A DNA stretch of 64,000 nucleotides from Waterburya sp. (GCA_965217895.1 CBDCJV010000002.1:256001-320000); one strand, 5' to 3'; positions 20,318-31,238 are shown, numbered from the stretch's first letter. A program made the numbers and translations. The notes: a model not told the origin generated them from the letters alone.

Positions 20318-21625
20318 TTATTCGTAGAATTTAACCAGCGTTCTACGAGCGATCGCTCTAGTCTCTAACTTATGATATTGCTCGGCTTGAGACATTTTAA
20401 AATGTAATAATTCGCTTTGAGAAAGATAATTTATCTGCTGGGGCTTAACTGGAATAAATTCCATTGCCTTAATAATCTCTTGGGCGACTGCTTTGGCTAG
20501 CAGAGGCGGAACAGAATTACCAATCTGCCGAAAGCCATGCCACTTAGTAGCATGAAGCATAAACCAATCAGGATAGGAATGCAGCCGTGCAGCCTCTCTA
20601 ACGGTAATACAACGGGGAGTAAGGGGATGAATGGGGCGAGGAGAAGTAAACGCTCCATGATTACTAGCCGTACCTGCCCTGAGGGTTGTACACAGACCGT
20701 TTAAATCTAGACGATGAAAATGACTAATGCGATCGCTTTTTCCAGGAATAGTTGCCGCAAATCTGGCAATAGTTTGGTCGGTGTGTTTGGTACGGCGACT
20801 ACAGGTTAAAAGTTCGAGTTTATATTCGCGCTGATAAGCGTAATCATCGTTTACCAAGGTTAGATTACGCAATTTACTAGCATATTCACTGGGTTGACCA
20901 TAATTGGCTACTACCCAATCTCTAAGCTCTAATTCAGGATAATTATTAGCTTCTGGAAGATCGCCAATAGCATCTTGTACGGTTGGGGTAGGAGGCAAAC
21001 CCCAATACTTTTTTGCTGAAGAATCTAGGGCTTTTTGAATTGAAGGCTGGGTTAAAGGTTGAGGATAATTTAGTAAGGTGAAACCCTGCCGACAGCCAAG
21101 GAGAAATAATCTGCGACGATTTTGCGGGACTCCATAATGGGCAGCATTTAAAACCTGATAGTTTTCCGCAACTTGATAGCCATAACTTTTAAACTCTTCA
21201 ATTATGGTCTGGAGAATTTTTTGATGTTTGCCGATGGTAATTCCCCGCACATTTTCCATCACAAAAAATTTAGGATTTAAATCCAAAACCAGGCGCAGGA
21301 AATGAGACACTAAGGAATTGCGATCGTCGTCAAAATTCCGTTTTCCCATCAGGGAAAAGCCTTGACAGGGAGGTCCTCCAAAGACTACATCAATATCGCG
21401 ATCGCCGATTGTTGATAATTCCCTAATTTCTCTGCCAGTGATTTCAGTAACGCTTTTGCAAATGGTCGTCCAAAAAGGAAAATTATATTCGTGGACGCTG
21501 GCATGAATTGGATCTAATTCTACTGCTGCTAAAACATCAAATCCAGCTTGTTCAAAACCGAGGGTCATTCCTCCCGCGCCAGCGAATAAATCTACAGCTA
21601 TTGGTCGTCGATCGTTAGTAGCCAT
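20318..21625 (-). CDS. dcm: orphan DNA (cytosine-5)-methyltransferase, probably the conserved cyanobacterial CGATCG type
   Basis: FAGAGG, GGPPCQGFS, ENV, QxRxR, QIGNSV; no adjacent REase; specificity inferred. Confidence 0.9.
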   Translation of the reverse strand: MATNDRRPIAVDLFAGAGGMTLGFEQAGFDVLAAVELDPIHASVHEYNFPFWTTICKSVTEITGREIRELSTIGDRDIDVVFGGPPCQGFSLMGKRNFDDDRNSLVSHFLRLVLDLNPKFFVMENVRGITIGKHQKILQTIIEEFKSYGYQVAENYQVLNAAHYGVPQNRRRLFLLGCRQGFTLLNYPQPLTQPSIQKALDSSAKKYWGLPPTPTVQDAIGDLPEANNYPELELRDWVVANYGQPSEYASKLRNLTLVNDDYAYQREYKLELLTCSRRTKHTDQTIARFAATIPGKSDRISHFHRLDLNGLCTTLRAGTASNHGAFTSPRPIHPLTPRCITVREAARLHSYPDWFMLHATKWHGFRQIGNSVPPLLAKAVAQEIIKAMEFIPVKPQQINYLSQSELLHFKMSQAEQYHKLETRAIARRTLVKFYE

Positions 21626-21772
21626 TGCTTACCTCTAGAGGGATCTTTAGAGCCTGGTTTGATTAGCCGAGAAATTTGCTCTATTTTCTCCGCTCAATCT
21701 AAGATTTTAGTCTGATTGACCTAAAATTGCGTAGATATAGCAATATTGACTGTGCTTAAGACAATATAAATT

Positions 21773-21800
21773 GTAGGGGCGAACGACCGTTCGCCCCTAC
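21773..21800. repeat. GTAG-type REP palindrome
   Basis: GTAGGGGCGAACG ac CGTTCGCCCCTAC. Confidence 0.85.
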
Positions 21801-21874
21801 TGGATTTATCTCGCTCTTAATTTATGAGATGATTAAAGGTTATTAACAGATTGTAAAGACAAAGGAGCTAGAGT

Positions 21875-22210
21875 GTGGCAGATATCCAATTTGCTAAAGG
21901 CGTAACTGAGGAGGTAGTCCCTAATATTAAAGTTACTCGTTCTAAGACAGGAAATACCGGTACGGCTACCTTTTATTTTGAAGATCCGCAAATTTTGAGT
22001 AAGGATAGCACGGAAGAAATTACAGGTATGTATCTGGTTGATGATGAAGGAGAAATTGTCAGTCGCGAGGTAAAAGGCAAATTTATTAATGGTGAAGCTA
22101 GAGCAATAGAAGCCGTTTTGATTATGAAATCAGAAGAGGAGTTTGAGCGTTTTGTTCGCTTTATGAATAAGTATGCTGAAGAACACGGACTAGGATTGGA
22201 TAAACAGTAA
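21875..22210 (+). CDS. psb28: photosystem II assembly protein Psb28
   Basis: IQF..G..E.V.P...TRS..G..GTATF.F, ITGMYLVDDEGE, FMNKYAEEHGL. Confidence 0.92.
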   Translation: MADIQFAKGVTEEVVPNIKVTRSKTGNTGTATFYFEDPQILSKDSTEEITGMYLVDDEGEIVSREVKGKFINGEARAIEAVLIMKSEEEFERFVRFMNKYAEEHGLGLDKQ

Positions 22211-22304
22211 TTTATTCAGAATTCTAGCTGAAAACTGGGAAACTTTCGTTAGCAGTGCGAAATTTCCCTTAATTATTTTTAAGCTTATTGCACTTATATA
22301 CGCC

Positions 22305-22808
22305 ATGATTCCTCATCCCGATCCTGAGAATATTATTTTAAATTGCGCCGTCATTACGGTAAGCGATACTCGCAATAGAGAAACTGACAAAAGTGGTCAG
22401 CTAATCCAGCAATTGTTAACAGATGCTGGTCATAAAATAGCAACCTACGCCATTGTTAAAGATGAGCCTAAAGATATAGATGATTGGCTTAATAAGTTAG
22501 ATACCAATTCAGAGTTGAAGGTAATTATCTTTAGTGGCGGTACGGGAATTGCACCTAGAGATACAACTTATGATGTAGTCAACAACTGGTTAGATAAGTT
22601 AATTCCTGGTTTTGGTGAGATATTTCGCTATCTAAGCTATCAAGAAATTGGCTCTAGAGCGATCGCATCCCGTGCCGTGGCTGGGGTTAAAAATAAAAAG
22701 CTAGTCTTTTCGTTGCCTGGATCTGCAAACGCTGTAAAACTGGCAGTTAGCCAACTTATTTTGCCCGAAATAAATCATTTGGTTAGGCAAATTCAGGGCA
22801 AAAAGTAG
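22305..22808 (+). CDS. moaB: molybdenum cofactor biosynthesis protein MoaB/Mog
   Basis: ITVSDTR...DKSG, GGTGIAPRDTT, FSLPGS. Confidence 0.9.
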   Translation: MIPHPDPENIILNCAVITVSDTRNRETDKSGQLIQQLLTDAGHKIATYAIVKDEPKDIDDWLNKLDTNSELKVIIFSGGTGIAPRDTTYDVVNNWLDKLIPGFGEIFRYLSYQEIGSRAIASRAVAGVKNKKLVFSLPGSANAVKLAVSQLILPEINHLVRQIQGKK

Positions 22809-22853
22809 TTTAATTTTGAGTTTTGATGCAGTCTAACAATATAATCTGCGGAT

Positions 22854-23711
22854 TTAAACCAAATTGCGATCGCTCAATATCTCATAACCATCTTTGGTAA
22901 CTAACACGGTATGCTCAAACTGAGCCGATAAATTGTTATCTACAGTAACTACTGTCCAGCGATCGCGCAATGTCCGAGTATGTCTAGAACCAGCGTTGAG
23001 TATGGGTTCTATTGCTAATGTCATTCCTGCTTTTAATTTAACGTTGGGCATCCGCTTAGTACGATGATTAAATACAGACGGTGCTTCGTGCAGATTTTTG
23101 CCTACACCATGTCCTGTATATTCTTCTACTACAGTAAAGCCATTGGCTTTTACATGGTCTTCTACCGCCCCTGCAATATCTAATAGATGATTACCTGCTT
23201 TTACCTGTTCGATTCCTTTGTATAAAGCTTCCTCAGCAACTTTGATTAGCTTTATAGCGTCTTTAGAAACTTTGCCGACGGCAATAGTAATGCAGGAGTC
23301 GCCATGAAAGCCATCGCAATAAGCACCCGTATCTACTTTTAAGACATCTCCGCGACGAATTACTTTTTTATGGTTAGGAATACCGTGTACCACTTCGTTG
23401 TTAACGCTGGCGCAAATCGAAGCAGGGAAGCCATAATAACCTTTAAAGCTTGGGGATGCGCCCATTTCGCGGATACGTTTTTCGGCATATTCGTCTAAAT
23501 CAGCCGTTGTCATCCCAGGCTTAGTCATTGCTTCGATTTCTTTGAGAACCGTTGCTACAATCCTTGCTGAACGTTGCATTTTCTCTATTTCAGGTTCAGA
23601 TTTAATCTGAATACCACGAGGGTTACGATTCAGCACAGGAAGTCCATTGGCTGTTTTTGAATCAGAACTTTTTTTAGACTTAGGAAAGAGAAGATTAGTA
23701 ATAATATTCAT
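22854..23711 (-). CDS. map: type I methionine aminopeptidase
   Basis: [30 protein letters not shown]; start moved to ATG 23711 to avoid overlap. Confidence 0.95.
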   Translation of the reverse strand: MNIITNLLFPKSKKSSDSKTANGLPVLNRNPRGIQIKSEPEIEKMQRSARIVATVLKEIEAMTKPGMTTADLDEYAEKRIREMGASPSFKGYYGFPASICASVNNEVVHGIPNHKKVIRRGDVLKVDTGAYCDGFHGDSCITIAVGKVSKDAIKLIKVAEEALYKGIEQVKAGNHLLDIAGAVEDHVKANGFTVVEEYTGHGVGKNLHEAPSVFNHRTKRMPNVKLKAGMTLAIEPILNAGSRHTRTLRDRWTVVTVDNNLSAQFEHTVLVTKDGYEILSDRNLV

Positions 23712-23796
23712 CAAATAGCTTTTTTTATATATCTTTAAAAAGTATATCGTTCTGGGTAAGGGGCGAACGGTGAGGTAGCACGGACTAAGAAGGTAA

Positions 23797-24726
23797 TCAG
23801 TTATGTTCTTTATATGCAGCATGAACTCCTTGGACATTGTACCAGTTGAGAAAAATGCGTGCTACTTGTTCGGCAAGTTGAGGTTGTCCACGGCTAATTA
23901 GCCATTGCAATAAAGGTTTAAGAGTACGTTCATTTAACTTGCCCCCTAATGATAATACTGCCCAAAGAAGACGATGTAAAAACGTCATTTGGATCATCAT
24001 TTTGACATCCAAGGTTGGATGTTTTTGATAGAAAATAACGCCCATTTTTCCTCTTTGAATTTCTTGTTCGATCATCTGCGGAATTTGTTCTAAACTAAAG
24101 GCAGGATGCCAATGATAACCAACAGCTTCAGGACACTTTATTAATTTTAAATTTAGTTTTTTTAAGCGCACTCCAAGCTCTAGATCTTCCCAGCCATAAA
24201 GTTGAAAACCAGTATCAAATAAGCCTGCTTCTGACAACCATTTACGAGCGATCGCAACATTACCTGTAGCGAAATAGGCTGCGGAAAAATCGGTTATTTT
24301 ATAAGGTTCAGAAGTAGGATCTTCAAAGTTATTAGTATTAATTACTGCACCATAGGTAAACAGGCGATCGCTTTTAAGTTCTTGTTTTCCTTTGACTAAA
24401 GCATCTGCATGGGACTGGAGAAAACTATCAGTAACTACTAAATCACTGTCAATAAAAACTATAGTATCTCCCTGTGCCTTTTTGACCCCTAAGTTTCTTG
24501 CTGCTGCTGCTCCTTGATGATTTTGCTCAAATATTTTAACATGAGGAAATTGAGCTTTATTTTCTGTCAACCAACTCAATGTTCGATCCGTTGAACCATC
24601 ATCAACTAAAGCTATTTCATAACCATCAATCTTATTATCAGTAAGCTCCTGTTTTTCTAAAGCTAGAAGGCTTTTTCGCAAAATTGGTAAACGATTATAG
24701 GTGGGAATTACTACACTGATATACAT
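23797..24726 (-). CDS. glycosyltransferase family 2
   Basis: [28 protein letters not shown]. Confidence 0.92.
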   Translation of the reverse strand: MYISVVIPTYNRLPILRKSLLALEKQELTDNKIDGYEIALVDDGSTDRTLSWLTENKAQFPHVKIFEQNHQGAAAARNLGVKKAQGDTIVFIDSDLVVTDSFLQSHADALVKGKQELKSDRLFTYGAVINTNNFEDPTSEPYKITDFSAAYFATGNVAIARKWLSEAGLFDTGFQLYGWEDLELGVRLKKLNLKLIKCPEAVGYHWHPAFSLEQIPQMIEQEIQRGKMGVIFYQKHPTLDVKMMIQMTFLHRLLWAVLSLGGKLNERTLKPLLQWLISRGQPQLAEQVARIFLNWYNVQGVHAAYKEHN

Positions 24727-24850
24727 TAATAAATAGGTTAGGCGAAATGAAGTTAACTGTGACTATAAAAGGTCAGAGGTCAAGGAAAGTATATTTAATA
24801 TTTATTTTACAAAAAGTTTTTAAGACCAAACTAAGTTTATCTAAAATAAC

Positions 24851-25663
24851 TTAAATCATTTTCTCTAATAACATTTTAATTGTGGGTGCATCTTTACTAT
24901 CTGGGGAAATTTTCAGGAAATACTCTAAATCCACAACTGCCTCATGCCAACGATTCATCTGGTAATATAGCAAACCGCGATCGCGTATTTCCAGAGCATT
25001 TTCAGGAAACAAATTTAAGATGCCACTGATGATGGTCAAAGCTTTATCTAACTTCTGCTGACGCAAGTAAATAAATTTTAAATTATTGAGCATTCGCGCA
25101 AGTATTTGTTTATTGCTCACGGGAACAAGTAAACTAGAGTCTAATTTAACTTGTGGATAAATTTGGTTTAGCTTTGCCTGAGCGTCTTGTTCAAATAAAA
25201 TTTCTCCTTGATTAAAAGCATCTACAAAAATTCCTGCGTTTTCAAATTGAGGACGAATCAAAAAATGTCCAGGCATTCCAATTCCTACCATCGGGAAATA
25301 TAGCCGTTTAGCAATTGCTAAATAAACTACTGATAGGGTTATGGGAATGCCTGTTTTTAGCTCTATTACTCGATTTAAAAAGCTATTGTCTGAATTATAA
25401 TAATCTTGACTGTTTCCTTGGAATTTAAAACAATCAAAAAGATGATAGTTGATTGTTTGAATAACTTTAAGCGGATAAAGTTTTGCTGGTAACTGAGGCT
25501 TTATCTCTGAAGCGATCGCATCTAAAACACTTAGATATTTTTGAACATCTAAATCTGGATATTCTGTTTGAGCATAATACAGTGAAGCTTTAGCCAAGTC
25601 TATCTGCTCGTCTGGCTGGTTAATCTCCTGATAAAAATTATGCCACGATAGTTGATTTTCCAT
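24851..25663 (-). CDS. SirB1/transglutaminase-like TPR protein
   Basis: F.GN..DYY...NSFL..V....GIPITL, PGHFL, RDRGLL. Confidence 0.88.
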   Translation of the reverse strand: MENQLSWHNFYQEINQPDEQIDLAKASLYYAQTEYPDLDVQKYLSVLDAIASEIKPQLPAKLYPLKVIQTINYHLFDCFKFQGNSQDYYNSDNSFLNRVIELKTGIPITLSVVYLAIAKRLYFPMVGIGMPGHFLIRPQFENAGIFVDAFNQGEILFEQDAQAKLNQIYPQVKLDSSLLVPVSNKQILARMLNNLKFIYLRQQKLDKALTIISGILNLFPENALEIRDRGLLYYQMNRWHEAVVDLEYFLKISPDSKDAPTIKMLLEKMI

Positions 25664-25825
25664 GAAGCCGATTTTGGTTTTTTTGTTTATTTAAAATATC
25701 TTAGTATTTTTCGGTATTTACGGATAGATGTCGGCGATTTCGAGTAAAAATGCACAGGGAGCATCCCACTTTTAAGTTAAGCAGAAATACCCAAGAAGTT
25801 TTATAATCAAACTCTAAAAAGTAAT

Positions 25826-26494
25826 ATGGCAAAACTTACCGCAAAGCAAATTAAAGCTGGTCAATCCGTATATACAAAAAGAACTCTTTTAGCTTATGAC
25901 ATTCTTGTTCTAGGAATATCCAATACTCATATTTGGCAGTGTCAGTCTACAAGACTAAAAAAACATTACAATAAGTATGTTTCCGCTAATCATTTAGATA
26001 TCGGTGTGGGAACTGGATATTTTCTGGAGCAGTGCAAGTTCCCCTCTCAGACACCTCGTGTTGCCCTAATGGATCTAAACCCCAACACGCTGGCATATGC
26101 CTCGAAGCGAATTTCTCATTATCAGCCAGAAATTTATAGGCAAAACATTCTTGAGCCAATCTCAATAAATATTCAGCAATTTGATTCAGTTGGCATAAAT
26201 TATCTACTTCACTGTTTGCCTGGCTCAATCTCGGAAAAGGCTGTAGTTTTTGACCATGCAAAATCTCTGATGAATCAAGACGCGCTTGTATTTGGTTCAA
26301 CCATTCTTCAAGGTGGCGTACCCAAGAGTTGGGCAGCCCAACGGCTAATGAACTTCTATAATAAGAAAGGCATTTTCTCAAATACGGCAGATGACCTTGT
26401 AGGATTAGAAAAAGCTCTGCAAGAAAGGTTTAAAAAAGTGCAGATAGATATTGTCGGCTGTGTTGCACTATTTTCTGGGCGTTGCTCTTGGTAG
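25826..26494 (+). CDS. class I SAM-dependent methyltransferase
   Basis: HLDIGVGTG, YLLHCLPG. Confidence 0.85.
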   Translation: MAKLTAKQIKAGQSVYTKRTLLAYDILVLGISNTHIWQCQSTRLKKHYNKYVSANHLDIGVGTGYFLEQCKFPSQTPRVALMDLNPNTLAYASKRISHYQPEIYRQNILEPISINIQQFDSVGINYLLHCLPGSISEKAVVFDHAKSLMNQDALVFGSTILQGGVPKSWAAQRLMNFYNKKGIFSNTADDLVGLEKALQERFKKVQIDIVGCVALFSGRCSW

Positions 26495-26610
26495 CAACCT
26501 TTCTAAGTCAGAGACAGTCATGCCAATCTGGAAAACAGTTAGTTTAAAATGATTTAATTTTAGATTAAAGCATTACATTAAATGATTAACTCCCCAACAT
26601 AAACTGAACT

Positions 26611-27252
26611 ATGAGCGAATTAAATAGCTGGATTGATATTTCTTTAACCATTCATCCAGGAATGCCTTACTGGCCCGATAATCCCGCTGTAAATATTGAA
26701 CCTAGTCAATGTTTAGCTCATGGGGATGTGTGCAATGTTTCTAAGCTGACGATTGGGACACATACAGGAACGCACGTAGACGGTATCAATCACTTCATCA
26801 AAGGCGGTATGGGTATCGATCAAATGCCTCTAGAGGCTACCATTGGTAAAGCTAGAGTGATTGAGATTAAAGATCCTCAACAGATTAAGGTAGCAGAAAT
26901 TGAGCCTTACAATATTCAAGCGGGAGAAAGAATATTATTTAAAACTCAAAATAGTAACAAGGCTTTAAAATCTGACAAATTCATCGAAGACTTTGTACAT
27001 ATCTCTACGGACGCAGCAAAATATTTAGCTAAGAAAAAAGTTCGCACTGTTGGAGTAGACTATCTCTCTGTTGGCGGTTATGAAGGGAATGTAGTTGAAG
27101 TGCATCAGGCTTTATTAGGTTCTGGTATCTGGGCAATTGAAGGCTTGGATTTATCTCAGGTAGAGCCTGGAGAATATGAGCTTATCTGTTTACCTATTAA
27201 ACTCAAAGATGGAGACGGTGGTTTAGCTAGGGCAATCTTGCGACCCATGTAA
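26611..27252 (+). CDS. cyclase family protein (kynurenine formamidase-like)
   Basis: HTGTHVD, GVDYLS, H..LL....IEGL, CLPIK. Confidence 0.9.
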   Translation: MSELNSWIDISLTIHPGMPYWPDNPAVNIEPSQCLAHGDVCNVSKLTIGTHTGTHVDGINHFIKGGMGIDQMPLEATIGKARVIEIKDPQQIKVAEIEPYNIQAGERILFKTQNSNKALKSDKFIEDFVHISTDAAKYLAKKKVRTVGVDYLSVGGYEGNVVEVHQALLGSGIWAIEGLDLSQVEPGEYELICLPIKLKDGDGGLARAILRPM

Positions 27253-27277
27253 ACATTTTAAAATTTTTAATGTTTAA

Positions 27278-27318
27278 AGAAGAGCGATCGCTAATTATTT
27301 AAGGCGATCGCTTTTTCT
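27278..27318. terminator. hairpin with HIP1 arms between convergent genes
   Basis: agaagagcgatcgc...gcgatcgctttttct. Confidence 0.55.
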
Positions 27319-27334
27319 ATACAATCATTCTTAC

Positions 27335-27722
27335 CTAAAAAACAAGCAGATCGCTATTAGAAGCAACTTCAGCGATGCTAGCTTGAGCGTCAAAGTTATT
27401 TGAGGAAAACAGATCGTAACCGTAACTTTCTAGAAAAGAATCAATTTCTTGTCCGTTAATTAGCATCCCATTGTTGAGATCGTCAATAATGATATCTTCT
27501 CCTGCACTATCAACAATTACGTTGTTACCGCCTCCTGCGAAAATGATATCTTGACCTGCGCCACCGTCGATAGTGTCGTTTCCTCCACCACCAAAGAGCA
27601 AATTATTGCCGTTGCCACCACAAATTAAGTCGTCTCCTGCGTCACCAAAAATAATATCTTTACCATCATTACCATTAAGAGAATCATGACCATCCTTGCC
27701 GAGAATTAAATCTGGCGATCGC
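27335..27722 (-). pseudogene. C-terminal RTX/hemolysin-type Ca-binding repeat fragment
   Basis: GGxGxDx nonapeptides; recognisable sequence starts at the HIP1 site near 27715-27722. Confidence 0.65.
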
Positions 27723-27745
27723 TTTATAATATATTGGTCAAGCAA

Positions 27746-27831
27746 ACATAACGGCTAGGTTGAGCGGAGGCTAATATCCTTTGCCTCCCCACCAAGATCT
27801 CTCGGACATCCGCTCCAACGTTTTGTTAGAC
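27746..27831 (-). other. integron attC-like recombination site (solitary)
   Basis: GTCTAAC-5nt-GTTGGAGC...GCTCAAC-6nt-GTTATGT, with one extra-helical base in L''. Confidence 0.75.
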
Positions 27832-27982
27832 CGCGTTTTCGTGACAAGCTTACAATCTCTCTTCCACTTTCAGCTTGTTGCTTTTGCAAGCCAGCAAAGA
27901 TGGCTCTTAAATCATGATTGAATGACCGAGAGTATTCTTCACGGGTTCTATGTATCTTTTCTATAAGATCATCCTGATACAG
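27755..27982 (-). CDS. small putative antitoxin-like cassette protein (CTG start, reads into attC)
   Basis: GGAGG 6 nt upstream; (L)YQDDLIEKIHRTREEYSRSFNHDLRAIFAGLQKQQAESGREIVSL; preceded by the end of a gene (ELLGG*). Confidence 0.5.
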   Translation of the reverse strand: MYQDDLIEKIHRTREEYSRSFNHDLRAIFAGLQKQQAESGREIVSLSRKRGLTKRWSGCPRDLGGEAKDISLRST

Positions 27983-28123
27983 GATTAACCTCCAAGCAGT
28001 TCGTTAAAGGTTATTGCCAGTTCCTATTCCGCACCAAGGGCGACAAAATGATCGTGAAAGGTCGTGCGCGCCATAGCTAAAAACCAGTTGACCAAAAGCG
28101 TAGTCTTTCAACTTGTCACAGAT

Positions 28124-28200
28124 GCTTAAAGATAGATCTCCTGCGCTAAAATCACCATCATTTTCATCTTCTAGGGTTGAACTATAAAATCTTGATTCAT
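28124..28200 (-). pseudogene. N-terminal CSLREA-domain remnant (frameshifted)
   Basis: MNQDFIV/-TLEDENDGDFSAGDLSL across a 1-nt frameshift. Confidence 0.6.
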
Positions 28201-28435
28201 TGCTAAGTAAAGGTAATTAGTTTTGCCAAGCACAAAGGAAAAGTAATCGAACTCACCAAGTAACAAATACTATCAAATTGAGCGTAATTGTGATTGTAGC
28301 GCAAATTAATCTCAAAGCCATGAAGTTTGAATGAAGTATATTTTAGTTCATAAGTTTTGATGAAGCACTAGAGAAGGAAAAGTTATATGCTGAAAGTTGT
28401 CGAGACAATAATTATTTGCCGATTTGTAACTATTT

Positions 28436-29059
28436 ATGATGCCAAGTATCGAAGCTATTTCTGCCATGCCCAATGGCGAAAGACCAATCTATTTATTAGT
28501 TGTGCTGCATGGTTGGGGAGCTAATTATCAAGATTTTGTTCCCTTTGCCAAGGTGCTTAATTTTCCTGATTTTGGCTATATGTTTCCCAACGCTCCTTTC
28601 GATCATTTTCAAGTGCCTGGAGGAAAAGCTTGGTATGCCTTAGAAAATAAAGAATTTACTGGTTTAGCTGAAAGTAGAGAGCTACTGCGTGAATGGCTGC
28701 TGTCTTTAGAAGTTTCTACGGGAGTACCTTTAAACAGAACAATTATGGCGGGGTTTTCTCAAGGAGGAGCAATGACTCTAGATGTGGGTTTAACTCTTCC
28801 TTTTGCTGCCTTGTGTAGCTTTAGCGGTTATCTACACTATCAGCCTCAACCTCAAGAAAACAAGATATTTCCGCCAACTTTGATAATTCATGGTAGACAA
28901 GATTCTGTTGTCCCAATTGAAGCTGCCATTAAAGCCAAGGATGAGTTGACTAATATCGGTGTTTCGGTGCAGTATCAGGAGTTTGACATGGCTCACGAAG
29001 TTAAAGATGAGGCGATCGCTTTATTTAAACAGTTTATTACCAACAAGGTTTTGAAATAA
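28436..29059 (+). CDS. phospholipase/carboxylesterase (alpha/beta hydrolase)
   Basis: LHGWGAN, GFSQGG, HGRQD, H at MAHE. Confidence 0.9.
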   Translation: MMPSIEAISAMPNGERPIYLLVVLHGWGANYQDFVPFAKVLNFPDFGYMFPNAPFDHFQVPGGKAWYALENKEFTGLAESRELLREWLLSLEVSTGVPLNRTIMAGFSQGGAMTLDVGLTLPFAALCSFSGYLHYQPQPQENKIFPPTLIIHGRQDSVVPIEAAIKAKDELTNIGVSVQYQEFDMAHEVKDEAIALFKQFITNKVLK

Positions 29060-29060
29060 A

Positions 29061-29402
29061 CTACTGTTGCTCATATAAAATCTTTTCAAAACAAACTTGT
29101 CCAACCTCAACCAAAGCAGTCTCCGCCTTTTTATCCGTTGCTGAAGCGGTAGTTAGCTGTTTAAACTCTGCTTGGCTGTATTGTCTCTGAAACTCCTCGA
29201 TGGTGCAGTTACAAAGCTGTTTGGCTTCTGGCTCTTCTAACCCTTCTCCCATAGAAGTTTGCATACATTCACGGTTATAACTCTGGATAAATTCAGGAGA
29301 ATATTTATTTTCTGGTTGAGGAGATATCTTGCCATAGGCAACTGCCACATTGCCTATGGCAAGTAAGGATAAAGTCAATAAAGAGGAGTAAAAATACTGC
29401 AT
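29061..29402 (-). CDS. secreted hypothetical protein, 4-Cys
   Basis: Signal-like N-terminus; Y..EF...Y...C...C.C...C pattern. Confidence 0.7.
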   Translation of the reverse strand: MQYFYSSLLTLSLLAIGNVAVAYGKISPQPENKYSPEFIQSYNRECMQTSMGEGLEEPEAKQLCNCTIEEFQRQYSQAEFKQLTTASATDKKAETALVEVGQVCFEKILYEQQ

Positions 29403-29588
29403 AGCGATCGCGATATGATTAGATAAGACTGCAAGAGAAATAATAGATGTTTCTTGTCTTAAATATGTTCCTCTTTGAGCAAGTTTAAATATTTAGTTTG
29501 TAGTTCGTAGTTAGTCGTTTGTAGTCAAAAAAAAATACTTTAACTGCCCATACTTAATACTTGTTAAATGCTAAATGTTAAATGTTAA

Positions 29589-30521
29589 ATGCCATTAGAT
29601 AGCTCTCAAATTAAAACTGCCGCCATGGAAATCGGCTTTCATTTGGTGGGTATTGCCACGATAGACAACCATCAAGATAATGCGGTGGCACATCTTAAAA
29701 GCTGGTTAGATTTAGGCTATCAAGCTGATATGGCATGGATGGCAAGCCCAAAAAGAGAAGATATTCGTCGCTGTCTACCCCAGGTAAGATCGCTTATTGC
29801 CGTGGCTCTTAATTACTATACTCCTCATCAGCACTCTAACGATCCACAGGTAGGTAAGATTTCTCGTTATGGCTGGGGTAGAGATTATCATAAGGTTATG
29901 GGCAAGAAGCTCAAGGTTCTAAACAACTGGTTGCGATCGCAAGACGAGTCTATTATTACTCGCTACTATGTAGATACTGCCCCCGTACAGGATAAGGTTT
30001 GGGCGCAACGAGCGGGATTAGGTTGGATTGCTAAAAATGGTAATCTAATCAGTCCAAAGTACGGTAGCTGGATCTTTTTGGGTGAAGTGTTAACTAATTT
30101 AGAATTAATTCCAGATACAGCCCATACCAATCATTGTGGTACTTGTACTCGCTGCTTGGAAGCTTGTCCCACTCAGGCAATTGTTACGCCTTATGTAGTA
30201 GACGCTAATCGCTGTATTGCTTATCATACAATTGAAAACCGTGAGCCAAAATTACCTCAGGCGATCGCTAATAATTTATCAGGTTGGATAGCTGGTTGTG
30301 ATATCTGTCAAGATGTTTGTCCCTGGAATCAGCGTTTTGCTCAAGAAACAAACATAAATGATTTTCAGCCTTATCCTGATAATATTCAACCTCAACTAAA
30401 GGAATTAGCATCTATTTCTGAAGTAGAATGGGACGGAAGATTTCGTGCTTCTGCCTTAAGGAGAATTAAGCCTAATATGTGGCGACGGAATGCCCGTGCT
30501 AATCTAGATAAAGAAAAATAA
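29589..30521 (+). CDS. queG: epoxyqueuosine reductase
   Basis: [43 protein letters not shown]. Confidence 0.95.
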   Translation: MPLDSSQIKTAAMEIGFHLVGIATIDNHQDNAVAHLKSWLDLGYQADMAWMASPKREDIRRCLPQVRSLIAVALNYYTPHQHSNDPQVGKISRYGWGRDYHKVMGKKLKVLNNWLRSQDESIITRYYVDTAPVQDKVWAQRAGLGWIAKNGNLISPKYGSWIFLGEVLTNLELIPDTAHTNHCGTCTRCLEACPTQAIVTPYVVDANRCIAYHTIENREPKLPQAIANNLSGWIAGCDICQDVCPWNQRFAQETNINDFQPYPDNIQPQLKELASISEVEWDGRFRASALRRIKPNMWRRNARANLDKEK

Positions 30522-30572
30522 TTATTTCTTGAAAATCACCTAATATAATATACTTTTAATAATTTTAATTTA

Positions 30573-31238
30573 ATGTCTGCTCAGGTAATTCTATTTGATT
30601 TTGACGGCACGATTGCTGATACATATCAGGCGATCGTTGATATTACTAATAACTTGTCTACGGAATTTGGTTATAAAGCTTTAGCTCAAGAAGAGTTGTT
30701 ATTAATCAAAAACTTAAGCTCTCGCGAAATAGTTAAACGTTCAGAAATATCTATATTTAAACTACCTTTTTTAGTCAGAAGAATTAGAGCCGAATTAAGC
30801 AAAGAGATTGCCGAACTATCGCCAATTCCAGATATGAGTCAGGCATTGTTTGAACTACAAAATAGAGGATATATTTTAGGTATTGTAACTTCAAATATCA
30901 AAGAAAATGTCGAGACGTTTTTAAACAAAAACCAATTAAATTCTCTTTTTAGCTATGTTTATTCCAGCACCTCTATCTTTGGTAAACATCGAATAATTAA
31001 TCAAGCAATCAAAGCCAATAATTTAAATAGATCTCAGGTGATTTATGTAGGCGATGAAACCAGAGATATTAGATCTGCTCGCAAAAGTCAGATTGGCATA
31101 ATATCTGTTGGTTGGGGCTTTAATTCCAGAGCAATATTAGCAGAGTATCAACCTGACTATTTAGTCGATCGCCCTCAAGAATTGCTTAAGGCGATCAAGC
31201 TATATTATTTTCAGCGTACAAAAATTATTGCTAAATAG
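30573..31238 (+). CDS. HAD-family hydrolase
   Basis: FDFDGT, TSN, YVGDETRD. Confidence 0.9.
   Translation: MSAQVILFDFDGTIADTYQAIVDITNNLSTEFGYKALAQEELLLIKNLSSREIVKRSEISIFKLPFLVRRIRAELSKEIAELSPIPDMSQALFELQNRGYILGIVTSNIKENVETFLNKNQLNSLFSYVYSSTSIFGKHRIINQAIKANNLNRSQVIYVGDETRDIRSARKSQIGIISVGWGFNSRAILAEYQPDYLVDRPQELLKAIKLYYFQRTKIIAK

Noticed and set aside
28289..28304. CRP-like site TGTGA-N6-CGCAA (and a similar one near 17968)
   Set aside because: The second half-site or the spacing is too poor to call in AT-rich DNA.
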